NCBI GenBank assembly: GCA_964016885.1
Contig: OZ024740.1
Span: forward strand, 154,566,001-154,630,000
Direction of reading: 5' to 3'
Source of the DNA: Eledone cirrhosa
Lineage: Eukaryota
DNA: 64,000 nt
Every line of letters starts with the position of its first letter. Position 1 is the stretch's first letter. Shown one piece after another: positions 25,516 through 39,175 of this stretch. A program made the position numbers and the translations under genes. The notes under the pieces were generated by a model. It saw only the letters and a list, made by a program, of their open reading frames with translations, did no database searches and was not told the DNA's origin.

Positions 25516-28500
25516 CTAACAGCGCGGCGATCGAATGTGGCTTTTTAGCTCAGCCAATGATCTAAAATGTCTTGCACAGAGTCGGCAACCAAAACATTTA
25601 CTGGGAATAGTCAGCTGTGGTTGGAGTTCGTGTACTTTTGCATGTCCCTTGAGACCTCCTGCTGATTTACATTCTCTACCACATGTTTGGCAAGCATGAT
25701 GAGTAGCATCTCCAACAGCAGCCTGGTAGTCAACCACTGGTCTTACTTTATGACTGCGAAGATGACTTTCGAGTCCAGCTTTGCTTAGGCAGAGTCTCGC
25801 ACATACGCTTCATGTCAGTACCATAGGAGGACCCTCGCCGTCTGGAAGTGCAACAGCAATGCCCTTCCTCACATCCCGCTTTACTTTCTCGTATGCGATT
25901 CGAGATGCCTCAAAGGCAACTTTTCCCTCATATACAGTCTTTCTCCATTTATTACGATCAGCAGCAATATTCTCCCATGTATCAGCAGAGATGTTAGCGT
26001 CTTTCAGAGAGGCTTTCAAGGAATCCTTATACCTCTTTTTTGGTTTATGTGGCGGTCGTTTTCCTTTAACCAACTCTCCATAAAAGAGTTGTTTTGGTAT
26101 TCTAGAATCCTTCATCCTGGCAAGGTGACCACTCCAACGGAGTCGTTGCTTAAGCACAAGAGCTTCTATACTGTCACACATAGAGCTTTCCAAAATCTCG
26201 ACATCACTGATGTGGTCCCTCCAGTGAACGCCATGGATCCGTCTGAGACACATCTGATGAAAACGCTCCAATTGCTTAAGGTGGTGTCGATATGTGACCC
26301 AGGTCTCGCAGGCATAAAGAAGACAAGAGAGCACACATGCCTTGTACACCTTTACCTTTGTCCTCCTGCATATGTCTCGCCGACCCCAGAGTCGCCTTTC
26401 TAGCTTTCCGAAAGCATCACTTGCTTTCCTAATCCTAAGTGAGATTTCACTGTCAAGGTTGCTGTATCGATTGACAGTGCTTCCCAGGTAGACAAACTGA
26501 TCAACCATTCCAAGTCGTTTGCCATACACATAGATGTTTGGTTCAGTGTACTGCTTACCAGGGGCAGGTTGGTACATGACGACGGTTTTCTTGAGACTGA
26601 CAGTCAATCCTAGGGCAGTGCAAGCGTTCATGTCGTCATGGAAAGACCTAACTAAAGCAAGGAACTTATCAGGGCAACCAAGTTTCTGGAGAACCTTCCA
26701 TAATGCATCTCTGTTAACAGTATCGAAAGCTTTTGTCAGATCGACAAAAACCTGATACAGATCCAAGCCTTGTTCCATGCACTTCTCCTGGAGCTGTCTA
26801 GCTGAGAAGATCATATCAGTAGTGCCGCGTCCAGCACGAAAATCAGATTGACTTTCAGGAAGAACACAATCTGCAATGTGTGTCAGCAGACGGTCCAGAA
26901 GCACCCTACATAAAACTTTCCCTACGACAGAAAGCAATGATATACCTCTGTAGTTCCCACAATCGTTCCTGTTACCCTTTCCCTTGTACAAGACCACCAT
27001 TACTGCATCTCTCCAGTCCTCAGGTACGGATTCATTAGCCCATATCCTGCCAAACAAAGAGTGAAGATGTTGCAGGAGTCTCTCACTACCCTATTGTAGG
27101 AGCTCAGCATGTATGCCATCCATACCTGGAGATCTTCCACTGTTCAGCTTCGAAATAGCCACTGCAACCTCCACAAGCGGAGGTTCTGCGAGAGCTACTT
27201 TCACAGGACTTTCTGAAATGAGATTGAGGAAATCTTCACTGACGACAGACGGCTGATTCAAAAGATCATCAAAGTGCTCTCGCCACCTTCGTAGAATTCC
27301 TTATGAGTCACGAAGAAGTTCTTTGCCATCCTTGCTGCGAAGCGGTATCACCAGAGAAGAAGACGGTCCATAAACCTCACGCAAGAGACTGTACAACAGC
27401 TTTGTGTTATTGGAATCTGACGCAGTTTGTATCTCACCAGCCTTCTCACTCCACCACTGATCCTTCATCTGAGAACGACTCCGCCTAACACGTGATTTTA
27501 CATCCCTGAGTTCCTCCTGCAACGTATTCCTCTCCTGTGGTTTTGCCGTCAAGTAGCGTGACAGAGCACGCCTCTTATCAGCCAACAAGTCTTCTATATG
27601 TAAATCATTCTCATTAAACCAGTCCTGATGTTTCCTCTGCGCCAATCCCAGAACACTCCTGCCTACATCATAAACCGACTTTTTAAGGGTTGGTCAATCC
27701 TCACCAAGATCTGCAGCCTGCATCTCTTCTTCCAATGTCCTCTTCACATTTTTATCCTTAAGACGAGCAGCATTCAATCTTTTGTGCAGGGCAGCACCAG
27801 GAGCCCGGATTTTACGTTTAGTGATTAGTTTCACTTTTGCGCGTACCAGGCGGTGGTCCTTCCAGCACTCAGCTCCACGAAGAGCACGAACACACTGCAC
27901 ATCCTGTCTGTCACGCATCCTGACAAGGACGTAGTCCAAAAGATGCCATTCCTTAGATGCAGGATGCATCCATGTGGTTTTGAATTTGTTCTCTTGTTGG
28001 AACATGGTGTTGGTAACACAGATCCAGCTCCTCACACATCTGCAGCAGGAGCATACCATTGTTGTTACACTTTCCCACCCCATGCCTTCCGATTACATTC
28101 CATCTGTTAAAATCCCTACCCACTCTAGCATTAAAGTCACCAAGCACGATGACTTTGTCTACCTGGGGGATATTTCTTAAAACACCTTTCAAGGCATGGT
28201 AAAAGGATACTTTTTCTTCATCGACAGAATTCATAGTTGGAGCATACACACTCACCAGGGTCGCATATCTTCCCTTGTCCAGCGGAATTCTCATGGACAT
28301 AAGACGCTCACTAATCCACACTGGGAATTCTTCTAATTTATTCACAAGTACAGTCTTAACAGCAAATCCTACCCCAGCCTCTCTTCTGGTTCCTTCATCT
28401 CTTCCTTTCCAGAAGAATGTATATTCTCCACAAAATTCTGTAAGATGACCATCTCCAGCTAACCTCGTCTCAGATAAAGCCACGATGTTAAGATCGTAAC

Positions 28501-28600
28501 GTCGAAGCTCCTTTGTAACAAGAGCGGTCCTTCTTTCAGGACGCTCCAAGGAATCCCTGTCAAGCAGCGTCCGTACGTTCCAGTAGCCAAGACTAAATGC
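25516..28600 (-). pseudogene. RTE-A ORF (APE, RT, three C-terminal C2H2 fingers); YADD region deleted
   Basis: ALSETR, SVYAPT, GDFNARVG, NYRGISLL, FVDLTKAFDTV, LRWSGH, CQTC...H...H, CRLC...H. About 310 bp present in copy B (62172-62480) is missing at about 26622. Confidence 0.9.
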
Positions 28601-28742
28601 CTTGTTTGGCTCTATTACAATGGCACGATGACGAGCGGGGCCAGGCTGTGATAACCTGGGGCCCCTGCCCTTATCTTTTTTGTTCCAGAACCTAAATTGC
28701 CAATTATCTCTTTTATATTGTTCTGGAACATCACTGAATTGA

Positions 28743-28775
<33 letters not shown>

Positions 28776-29244
28776 TAATAATAATAATAATACACTATTA
28801 ATAATTATTAATGCACTCGTGTAATGCCTGTGCGTGACGAATATTTTTAAAGTGAGGAAAGACTGTGCACTGAGCCAATCCCAGTCTCTGAGCGACAGTA
28901 GCTATAACCCGAAAAGAAGAAAAGATCAACATCATCGGTAACTACTGAGCCGCAGGTTTTATGTCGGAGTTAACCCAGTTTCCTGAGATGCCTTCTCCTA
29001 GAAGAATACCCTGACGAGGGCTAGGGGTTCTTCACTCCCAGTGATTTAACTGCTCGATCGGGCATCCAGCCCGATTATTTCTATGTCCCCGCGCAAAAAA
29101 AAAAAAATAAATAAACTCACTTATTGACACTTATACGTACGACATACACACACGCGCATACATATGCGCGCACACACACCCATACATACGCGCGCGCACA
29201 GCAACACTCATACATACAAACAAACACACACACGCTACTCACTT

Positions 29245-29278
<34 letters not shown>

Positions 29279-29381
29279 TACCGTCATTACTGATACAAGA
29301 TTACAAGATTATGTCAACTGTTGACTTTCAAGAGTTCGTATAGTTGAAGCCGATCGTATTACAGTCCAGTATTATTATAAT

Positions 29382-29527
29382 TGCTTTACAGCATAGAGTT
29401 ATGGCTCTCCACGCTCTGAGCTTAAATCCCGCCGAGGTCAACCTTGCCTTTCATCCCCACGGAGTCAACAAACGAGAGTACCAGTGATGCGCTGGGCCAG
29501 TCGCTGGATCCGTGCCAAAAGCAGAAA
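29382..29527 (+). mobile_element. Diverged S1 SINE
   Basis: aaatcccgccgaggtcaaccttgcctttcatcc...gtgccaaaagcagaaa. Confidence 0.75.
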
Positions 29528-29554
29528 AATTATTATTAAAGTTGTTTTCTTAAG

Positions 29555-30376
29555 GCCCGGTCGCCGGTGATGGTGATGGCGGCGGTGGTGGCGGTGGTGG
29601 CGGTGGTGGTGGTGGTGGCAGTTGATGTTGATGTTGTGTTGTGTGCGTGTGGGTGTGTGTGTTTTGTTATTTTGAGTTTTTTTGTTTGATTGTGTTTTTT
29701 TTTGTTTTTTTTTATCTTTTGATGCCGCTGTAAATGTTCATTTCAATTAATTCTGAAGCTGTTGTTGCTGTAAACATTAGTGCCGGTGTTGTTGTTGTAG
29801 ATGTTGGGGTTGAAATCTGGTCGTTTGACTGAGTGATGTATATACACACATATACATACATATATATATATCGGAATGTGTTTGACTGTTGTTTCTTGTA
29901 AACAAACATTCGTCTCATTCTGATGTCACTAGCCATGTCTTTCCTCATGTGCGTTTTTCATAATCACGCATGATGGTGAACTAGCCTGTTTTAAAATTCC
30001 CTTTTTGGCATATTAATCTGTGAGAATCCTGGTTATCGAGTTGAGCTCTGCTGAGGATTGAATTCCAACCGTGACCATCTCCACTGAAAGTTTTCGTGAA
30101 ATAGTCTTTAAGATTATACAGAGCATTTGAAGTTTTTCCAAATTGAAGGATGAGTATTTTAGACTTTATTCTATCATGAGTTAAGGCTCTATTGATTTTT
30201 CCCTGGATTTCACTAAATTCTGTGGATGAATTTATATCCTGATTCTATTTGAGATGAGTTTGAATTATTTTTCCCACATCTTACGTTAACTATTTTTCCC
30301 ATTTTGACGCTATAGTCACTTATATATTATGGAGTGCTGTTGGCTTTTCGCTGCAGTGTTTTCTATACCTTTCATT

Positions 30377-30459
<83 letters not shown>

Positions 30460-30860
30460 TCAACACAGAGTAGAGAGTTTGACAACAGGTCGATGACTTT
30501 AGTCTAGATAGGTTAATGACATGTGATGGTGTGGAGAGAGTGTAGACGTTATTGTGGTGGTGGTGGACAGTGAGATGTATCTAGTTCATTTGTCCGTTTT
30601 CTTCTCTTTGCAAAATTTGAATTTTAGCCATGTTATATTGAGATGTAAGTAAATGTAAAATGTAAAATATAAATAAGGATTGCTCTGGTAAAGTATACTA
30701 AAATATTTGTGTAACTTCCACAAACTTCTGTCGTGGCATTCCCGAGTCCAGTGACCAAAAAATTGTTGTGTTTTGATTTTTCAGAATACAAAAACTAATA
30801 AAAAAAACTTACCCCACGAAAAGACAGCGTGTGTTGTCTTATCTATAAGCTCCCTCATGT
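29555..30860 (-). mobile_element. Decayed Tx1/L1 5' UTR and ORF1 relic
   Basis: Broken minus-strand peptides MAK..., GKIVNVRCGK, SREKSIEP (compare AREHSMAP in Tx1-B), CVI...HMRKD (knuckle-like), then Thr-rich, Lys-rich and poly-Pro tracts. Same order as Tx1-B ORF1. Confidence 0.5.
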
Positions 30861-30940
30861 ATCATACATACATACATACATACATACATACATACATACA
30901 TACATACATACATACATACATACATACATACATACATACA

Positions 30941-31509
30941 TGGTGGCTGCCAACTCGTTTTCGAGTACGGCCACTACTTTATATCCATGTAGGAGAACCC
31001 TACCGATGCGCTGAACGAGTGTGACTTTTTAGTCCAGCCAGCGACTTGAATACTCTGGTACAAACACTACACTTGTGACAATTATTGACACATAGTGCTG
31101 AGCCCATGGTACCATGTGACGACAAGTGCAGAGAGATCTCCAGATATAAAGCAATGCCTGTGCCGTGAAGCTTTTATAGTGAGCAAAGGTACTGCTACAA
31201 AGCCAGTCCCACTCTCTTAACCAAGATGATATTTACCAAAAAGAAGAACAAGTCAACATCATTGGATACCATCAGGGTTGCAGGTGTTATATCAGAGTTT
31301 TCCTTCTCCTAGAATTCTGCCTTGACAAAGGCTAAGGGGTCATCTCTCCCGGTGATTTTGGATGGCCATTGACTCTTAAGAGCTCCTTAGCCCTTTGACA
31401 GGTTTTGTTTTTAGTCCTGCAGTATGTCCAAAGTCACCCTCCTCACCAAGAAACCTTGGTGGGGTTGCCAGTTTAGTCGCCAACGACCCGACCATTAGAC
31501 AGGTTGTAC
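30941..31509 (-). mobile_element. Bipartite non-autonomous RTE derivative, family N1
   Basis: RTE 5'-UTR-like block (ctaggagaaggaaaactctga...gatgttgac...gagagtgggactgg) joined to a last C2H2 finger (CSVCTRVFKSLAGLKSH), an RTE-like 3' end and (TATG)n. Confidence 0.82.
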
Positions 31510-31538
31510 ATACATACATACATACATACATACATACA

Positions 31539-31950
31539 TTGTTGTATGGGACCACACATTGAAAACGTGTTCTGTTGTGGAGATCAGCTGCCCACTTGAT
31601 GTAAACGTTGTCAGAAAAATACAGGAGAAGGATGACATCTACGGACCATTGATGAGGAGTTTACAAATCCAGTATCCAAGATACACCTTTAGCTTCATAG
31701 CCATCATTATTGGAGCTACGGGTTATATACCAACCCGCTTGGACCAAAGTATGACTGAACTTGGATTTGCGGACAAAAAACGCAGCTCCCTAATTCATAG
31801 TCTACAAATGGCTGCGATAGCTGGCACCTTCAAAATTTGCAAAACATTCTTGCGATTCAAGGGATGACAATTTCATTTCTTTTACAACCTTGCCACCAGG
31901 AAGGTGGCCGGTCAAAAAAAATATACTCGAAATTATGAGAAAGAGATAAC
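31539..31950 (+). mobile_element. 5'-truncated R4/Dong family D1 copy in (CATA)n
   Basis: Nearly identical to 35365-35771 (VVEISCP...KTFLRFKG*). Confidence 0.9.
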
Positions 31951-31989
31951 ATATATACATACATACATACATACATACGTATGTATGTA

Positions 31990-34900
31990 AACTTTAACAT
32001 ATAAATACAGCGTTGTTATATTATATTACATTCATAAAGAAATATACTAAGTAACGGTTCTTTTTGTTCTCGATTCAAACGATTCAAGGACAACATTTAA
32101 AACACAGTTGTAGAATTAAAAACTAACTGAAAAGAAATATTACCCAAGCTGTGAATAACTTTAAATTTGATTCTGACAGAACTTTGTCGAAACTTTTAAA
32201 GAAGAGCATCGACTATTTTGAAAAATAAATACGAAATATTAGTGAATAGACGAACTCATCATGGCAAAAAGTACAAGTCTCCTTCGACCAAATCGCAACT
32301 ACAACCGTTGTATACAGTGGAGCTACGAGCTTAACAAAGAATTATATGAAGCATACAAACAATCTGAACCCCAAAAGTTCGGTTTTACGCAAAGGCTAAA
32401 AACTTTATGGAACTCCAAACACCCAGAATTAGACTTTTCCCCAAAGCATTTAAATGAACGTATCATTAGATGTAAATTGATACATCTAACGGAATTGAGT
32501 GATACTACAAATACAGCCCTTGTAGACAACCACCCAACCTCCACTGACAGACAAAGAGAATGGCCAGCTAAATCTAACAGTGAACAGCTCACCAACAATT
32601 TTGCTGAAATCCATCCCACTTCCACTGAAGAACAGCGAGAATGGTCAGCTAACTCTAGTAGTAATTGTCACCACATCAACAACGAGGCTGAAATTCAGGA
32701 CTCTACTGTACAAACAGAACACCAAAAACTTGTGGACACCTTACAAGTGATATGGGACGATATGTTTCAAGAGATACACAGCCTTAATGTGATTGACAGA
32801 CCATACAATACCAGAATCAGTAAAGAACCCACTAAATTGGAATTGAAAGCGGTGAACGAAATAACTGGCAATTATCTGAAGGCTATACGATCTAAAGGTG
32901 TAGAAACGACATTTGAAACGCTTAATATTTTGTTATATGTTTCAGCTGTCACATTGCTATCATATAACACAAATCTAAAACCACGCAATCAAGATACAAA
33001 CAAAAATCCTGAACCAGCGTGGATGCGAAATTTAAAGAGCAAAATTTTGTCCCTGAGACGAAGTATCTCACACATCGCAGTCATTATGAAATGCAACATA
33101 GAGAGCAACTTCACACGACACCAGGAAGACCTAAAAAAAGTTAGAGAGACGATTTGGAGATACAAAATTTAAAACTTTGAACTCCAAATTACACCAGTTG
33201 AAACAACAACTCACAGCTACAACAGAAAGACTAAAATATAAGTCAACAGCACATAAACGATAAGTGCTAAATAGATTGTTTGCCAGAGATCCTAAATCAG
33301 TTTATCGCAGCTTCGGTGGCAAACCTCAATCCCTGTAAATGACACCCCTTCAAAAGAACAGGTTGAGAGCTACTGGAGATCTGTATGGGAAACGGATGAC
33401 GGATTCAACAGACAAACTAATTGGCTAAAAGAACTGGAACAGGACTACTGCCAACATGTCCAGACAAAACAATATGACATAGATGGGTCAATACTGGAAA
33501 CAGCTCTACAGAAAATGTCGAATAGGAAATCACCTGGCCCAGACCTCATTACAGGATACTGGTTGAAGAATTTCACCTTCTATCGGCAAGATCTCATACG
33601 GCTGTTTACAGAAACCATTAAAGGCACACAAGAACTGCCCAAATGGTTATCAACTGCCACTACTCTCCTCATTCCCAAAAATAGCCAAACCACCCTTGTT
33701 AAAAATTACCGCCCAATAGCCTGCCAAAACATCATGTATAAATTATATACTGGGTGCCTTAACCTGTTCTTACAGGATCACTGTGCTACCAACAACATCA
33801 TAACACCTGAGCAAGCTGGTGGAAAGAGGGAGGTGTGGGGTTGCATAGATCACCTACTAACTAATAAAATGATTCAGGAAAAAACAACAAAGAATCGCAG
33901 AAACATGACTGTGGTGTGGCTGGACTATAGCCAAAGTCCCACAACCATTGGTAGCTGCTGTTGAACGCCTGACCAAGAACTGGTACACCAATTTGATCCT
34001 TAGAGGTGAGAAGGAGCAAGTTAAGACTGATAAGATACATTACCAGAAGGGCATCTTTCAGAGTGATAGCTTGTCAGTGCTACTCTTCGTTCTCTCACTA
34101 AATCCACTATCTTACCTACTCAGGAAACAAGGTGGACAAAGAAGTGGGTCCAGAAGTATCTCCCATCTTTTCTTTGTTGATGACCTGAAGTTGTATGGGC
34201 CAAATATCAATGACATCAAGAAACAATTGGACCTCATTACACAATTTTCAACTGACATCAAAATGAAATTTGGTGAGTCCAAGTGTGCATATTTGGCAGT
34301 AAAACGTGGAAGAGCTGTGCCCTCCACTAGAAATCTAGAGATGAACGGCCTGACAATACAACCTCTACAGTCAGGTGACAACTACAGATATCTTGGACAG
34401 GATGAGAATGTCAGATATGATGGACCCATAAATAAGGAGAGAACCAGAACTGAATACCTCAGAAGAGTAAAGAATATATGGTCTTCAGAACTGTCAGCAT
34501 ACATTGCCCACAATACTTATGCTGTGCCAATTCTAACGCCAACATTTGGCCTGCTGAACTAGTCATTGCAAGAACTAAGTGAGATGGATATTAGAACTCG
34601 CAAACTTCTCAGTGTTACTGGGAACTTTAACATCAATGGTAATGTGGATAGGCTATACTTCTCACGCAAGGAAGGTGGCCGGGCTCTAAAATCCATATTA
34701 ACAACATATGAGACCCGGATAGTAACACTGAAGCAACACCTTCAACGGAGGAAAAAGGTTGGCAACCATCTTGCCCAGGTTTATGAGCATTAAAAAAAAT
34801 ATATCATTAGAATAGCCACTGATCTGGAGGAGAGATATGGAATAAAGCCTGAGATAAATCTCTCACCCGGAGAAATCGAAAGATCCTATTCAATGTTCAA

Positions 34901-35771
34901 AGATGAAAAAATTGACCAATTTACAGAAAAAGTTGTGCATGGATACTTGAGACGTAAAATACAGACCATAGAGGGCATAAACCACTCAAAAAGCCTGGCA
35001 TGGAGTTCCGACAAGTTTATGACATCACACCTTGAGAGGTATCTCTATGCAATACAGGAACAAGAACTCCCTACCAAATATCTGCTGCACAAAATGGGAG
35101 GGCCAGCAGCTGACAATAAATGTAGGCTATGTAAAACAAAGATCGAGGATGTAAGCCACATTGTTGCCAGCTGTGAAAGAATGTCATCTCGCTACTACCT
35201 CCCCATGAGACACGATGGGATAGCTAGAACCATCTGGAACGCACTTCGGAAAACAAAATTAACAACAAACGAGGAAGAATATATTGAGACAGATGGCACT
35301 AAGGAATACTGGTGGAACCTGAAAATAAAAACTGCCACCAAATTAAAGCACAACCGGCCTGATATTGTTGTTTGGGACCACACATTGAAAACGTGTTCTG
35401 TTGTGGAGATCAGCTGCCCACTTGATGTAAACGTTGTCAGAAAAATACAGAAGGAGGACATCTACGGACCATTGATGAGGAGTTTACAAATCCAGTATCC
35501 AAGATACACCTTTAGCTTCATACCCATCATTATTGGAGCTACGGGTTATATACCAACCCGCTTGGACCAAAGTATGACTGAACTTGGATTTGCGGACAAA
35601 AAGCGCAGCTCCCTAATTCATAGTCTACAAATGGCTGCGATAGCTGGCACCTTCAAAATTTGCAAAACATTCTTGCGATTCAAGGGATGACAATTTCTTT
35701 TCTTTTACAACCTTGCCACCAGGAAGGTGGCCGGTCAAAAAAATATACTCGAAATTAAGAGAAAGAGATAA
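31990..35771 (+). mobile_element. Near full-length R4/Dong-clade (RLE) LINE, family D1
   Basis: Single broken ORF at 32261-35690, followed by (CATA)n. The 5' boundary is approximate. Confidence 0.9.
32261..35690 (+). pseudogene. D1 ORF: R4-type N-terminus, RT, CCHC, restriction-like endonuclease
   Basis: WSYELNKELY...GFTQRLKTLW, KSPGPD, YRPIAC, GIFQSDSLS, HLFFVDDLKLY, CRLC...EDVSHIVASC, RHD, NRPDIV...VEISCP. Confidence 0.9.
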
Positions 35772-35848
35772 CATACATACATACATACATACATACATAC
35801 ATACATACATACATACATACATACATACATACATACATACATACATAC

Positions 35849-38325
35849 GAAATAAGTGAGGGTACACTTGAGACTGTGATAGGAATACTCCAAGATAAGA
35901 AAACACCAGGAAGAGACATGATTGTCGGCTACTGGTACAAAAAACTAATATTCTATCGGAGGTATCTTACTGACCTCTACCAACAAGTTCTTAAGGGAGA
36001 TACACTTATACCAGAATGGTTGACATTAGCACAAACATTACTGGTCCCCACGAACAAAGACACCCACTTGGCAAAAAACTACCGACCCATTGCATGCCAG
36101 AACTCGATGTATAAGATGTATACAGCCTGCCTGAACCTATTCCTCCAAGATCACTGTGAAAATAATAACATCATCACAGATGAACAAGCAGCTGGAAAGA
36201 AAAGGGTTTTGGGATGTGCTGAACAACTCCTAATCAACAAAACTGCGATGTCGGAGGTGAGACAACTTAGGAGGAATATGACTACAGTCTGGCTGAACTA
36301 CAAGAAAGCTTTCGATTCTGTTTCCCACTCTTGGATGATAGAGGCCCTCCAACTTGCTAAAGTCCCAGACATTATTGTCAGAGCCATAGAGAGCCTGTCT
36401 TCTTCTTGGGCTACTATCCTAAGGTTAAAGACAGAGAAGGAGGACTCTATTTTCACTGATAAAATAAAATATTGCAGGGGTATATTTCAGGGGGACAGTC
36501 TCTCTGTGATATTGTTCATTTTGTCATTAAACCCCTTGTCCTTTCTGCTCAAGAAATGTGAGGGATACATCATTGGCTCACAGGAGGACAGAAATACGAA
36601 CCTAACCCATAACTTCTTTGTGGACGATCTGAAACTCTATGCCAAGAACATGGATGGGATGAAGAAAAATCTTGACCAGGTTACAACGTTCTCAAAGGAT
36701 ATAGGAATGGAGTTTGGCCAACATAATGCTCATACATGACTGTAAAGCGGGGAAAAACAACAACCCAATCTAGCAACATTGTCATCAATGGTCTAACTGT
36801 TTCACCGATATCTGATGAGGACTGCTACAGATACCTGGGGATAGATGAGAACATATCCTATAATGGTATCTGTAATAAAGAACGCGTAACCAGGGAATAC
36901 TACACCCGATTAAGAAAGATCTGGTCATCGGAACTCTCTGCGCAAAACAAAACAGTGGCTCACAATGTGTTTGCTGTGCCTGTCCTAACATCATCGTTTG
37001 GAATACTCAATTGGACGATAGACGAAATCCGAGCAGTTGATGTTGGAACTCGAAAAACACTGAACAACACCGGAAACTTCCACATCAACAGTGACATAGA
37101 CCGCTTTACTTGAAACGTAAGCAGGGAGGCAGAGGCCTAACATCAGTCCAGACAACATTTGAATGCCGCATCATATCTCTCCGACAACATCTACGAACCT
37201 TGAAGCGTAGGAGCCCGTCTCTCGAGCAAGTCTATCTGCATGAAACAGATAAGATCATGAGAGTTGGGAAGGAACTCCTTGAGAGATATTCCCTGTGTGA
37301 TAATCAAAAACTCACACCCAGGGATGTCGCTCAGCAGTATCGCAGTGAATCCATGGATGAAAAACTGCATGCCTATCAGCAAAAAATCATGCATGGATAT
37401 GTTGCCAGGAAGCTCCAGAGTGAGAGTAATATAGATAAGGAAAGTAGTCTATCTTGGACCAACAACCGCTATATTGGCTCCCACTTTGAAGGATACGCTT
37501 TTGCAATCCGGGAACAGGAGATTAGCACGAAATACCTAATTCACAAAAGAGATAGGGATGCAGGCAAAACACCTAGATGTGATAACAAGTGCAGACTCTG
37601 CAGAATTAACATCGAGGATATCACCCATGTCATCAGCAGCTGTCCAAAGATGTCATCGTGGTACTATCTACCTATCAGGCATGATGTAGTGGCCAAAACA
37701 CTGTACAATGCAGTTCGTAAAAAAGATAGCCCCGATAATAAACACATTAAAAGCTACAACAATGTGGAAGACATCCATGTACATAATATGAAAGAGTACT
37801 GGTGGAATGTTCCAGTAAAAACCCCAATAAAATGCAGGCATAACAGACCAGATATTATGATATGGGACAGGGAGAAGAAAACATGCACAGTAGTGGAAAT
37901 TAGCTGCCCAGCAGATGCCAATATAATATCAAAGATTAGTGAAAAGGAGAATATTTATGCAGAACTGATGAGAAATCTGCAGATACTCCACTCTGATTAC
38001 ACCTTCAGATTTATGCCTGTGATTATTGGGGCACTGGGATATGTTAGTAACTGCCTCAATACAAATCTTGAGAAGCTAGGCTTCACAGGAACAGAAAGAA
38101 TACAACTAGTTAGGAAACTACAAGTACAATCCATTAATGGAACAGTAAAAATATGTAAAACGTTCCAAAAATGTTGCATCTAATAACTGCATATACACAT
38201 GTACAGATACAAAGCATATACACATGCACATATACAACTCAAAACATCCACATCCACACATACAACATCCATATCTACACATGCATGCATACTTACATAT
38301 CTACCTAGTTGATGTTGTGTAAAAT
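35849..38325 (+). mobile_element. 5'-truncated R4/Dong family D2, inserted in the (CATA)n after D1
   Basis: ORF pieces at 35876-38183: YKKAFDSVSH, GIFQGDSLS, FVDDLKLY, CRLC...HVISSC, RHD, RPDI...EISCP. Clearly divergent from D1. Confidence 0.9.
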
Positions 38326-38385
38326 TTGAATTATATATATATGTGTGTGTGTGTGTACATACTTACATACATACATACATACATA

Positions 38386-38658
38386 CATGATGGCTTCCCC
38401 CTCGTTATCGAGTATGGCCATTGCACGAGAAGAAAAAAAAATAATAATAATAATAATAATAAATAAATAAAAAGAAAATAAAAATAAAAAAAAGAAAGAA
38501 ATATATATATATTTATATACATATACATACACATATACACACACACACATTAATAACAATAATAATAATAATAATAATAACAACAATAATAATAACGACA
38601 ACAACAATAATAATATACATATACATATATATACACACACACACGCACACACATAAGC

Positions 38659-38695
<37 letters not shown>
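38386..38695 (-). mobile_element. 5'-truncated RTE 3' end with an uninterrupted microsatellite cassette (copy 2)
   Basis: The RTE terminus at 38386-38427 is directly joined to the cassette with no Tx1 or SINE. (CATA)n on both sides. Confidence 0.85.
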
Positions 38696-38699
<4 letters not shown>

Positions 38700-39175
38700 T
38701 ACATACATACATACATACATACATACATACATACATACATACATACATACATACATACATACATAGAGAATGCCTAAGTGACAGTCAGAAAGATAGAAAT
38801 TTCAGACAAAGAAAGTGACCAAATAATCCGCCCTTTTATTAAAGTTTAACATGTAGCACTCATTGCTTTTGTTATCAAAATTCCAGCGCTGAATCTGTTT
38901 CTTTGTTAGAAACAAGATCCTCCTTTATAGAAAGAATTTAAATAATTAAGAAATACATACGTACGTACATACATACATACTTACATACATACACACATAC
39001 ATACATACACACACATTCATACATACATACATACATACATACATACATACATACATACGTACATACATACATAGCTACAAACGCACACACACACATACAT
39101 ACATACACACACGCATACATACATACATACATACATACATACATACATACATACATACATACATACATACATACA

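Larger units (their letters stand above)
20977..29094 (-). mobile_element. RTE-clade LINE copy A: 5'-complete, 3' UTR interrupted by Tx1-A and a SINE, (TATG)n tail at about 20780-20977
   Basis: 5' end gcgcggggac at 29094. APE-RT-C2H2 ORF pieces at 28600-25516. The 3' terminus gtgcaatggccatactcgataacgagggggcagccatc is displaced to 20980-21017. Confidence 0.9.

Noticed and set aside
25516-25830. Host C2H2 zinc-finger gene
   Set aside because: The fingers are the C-terminus of the RTE ORF and lack TGEKP linkers.
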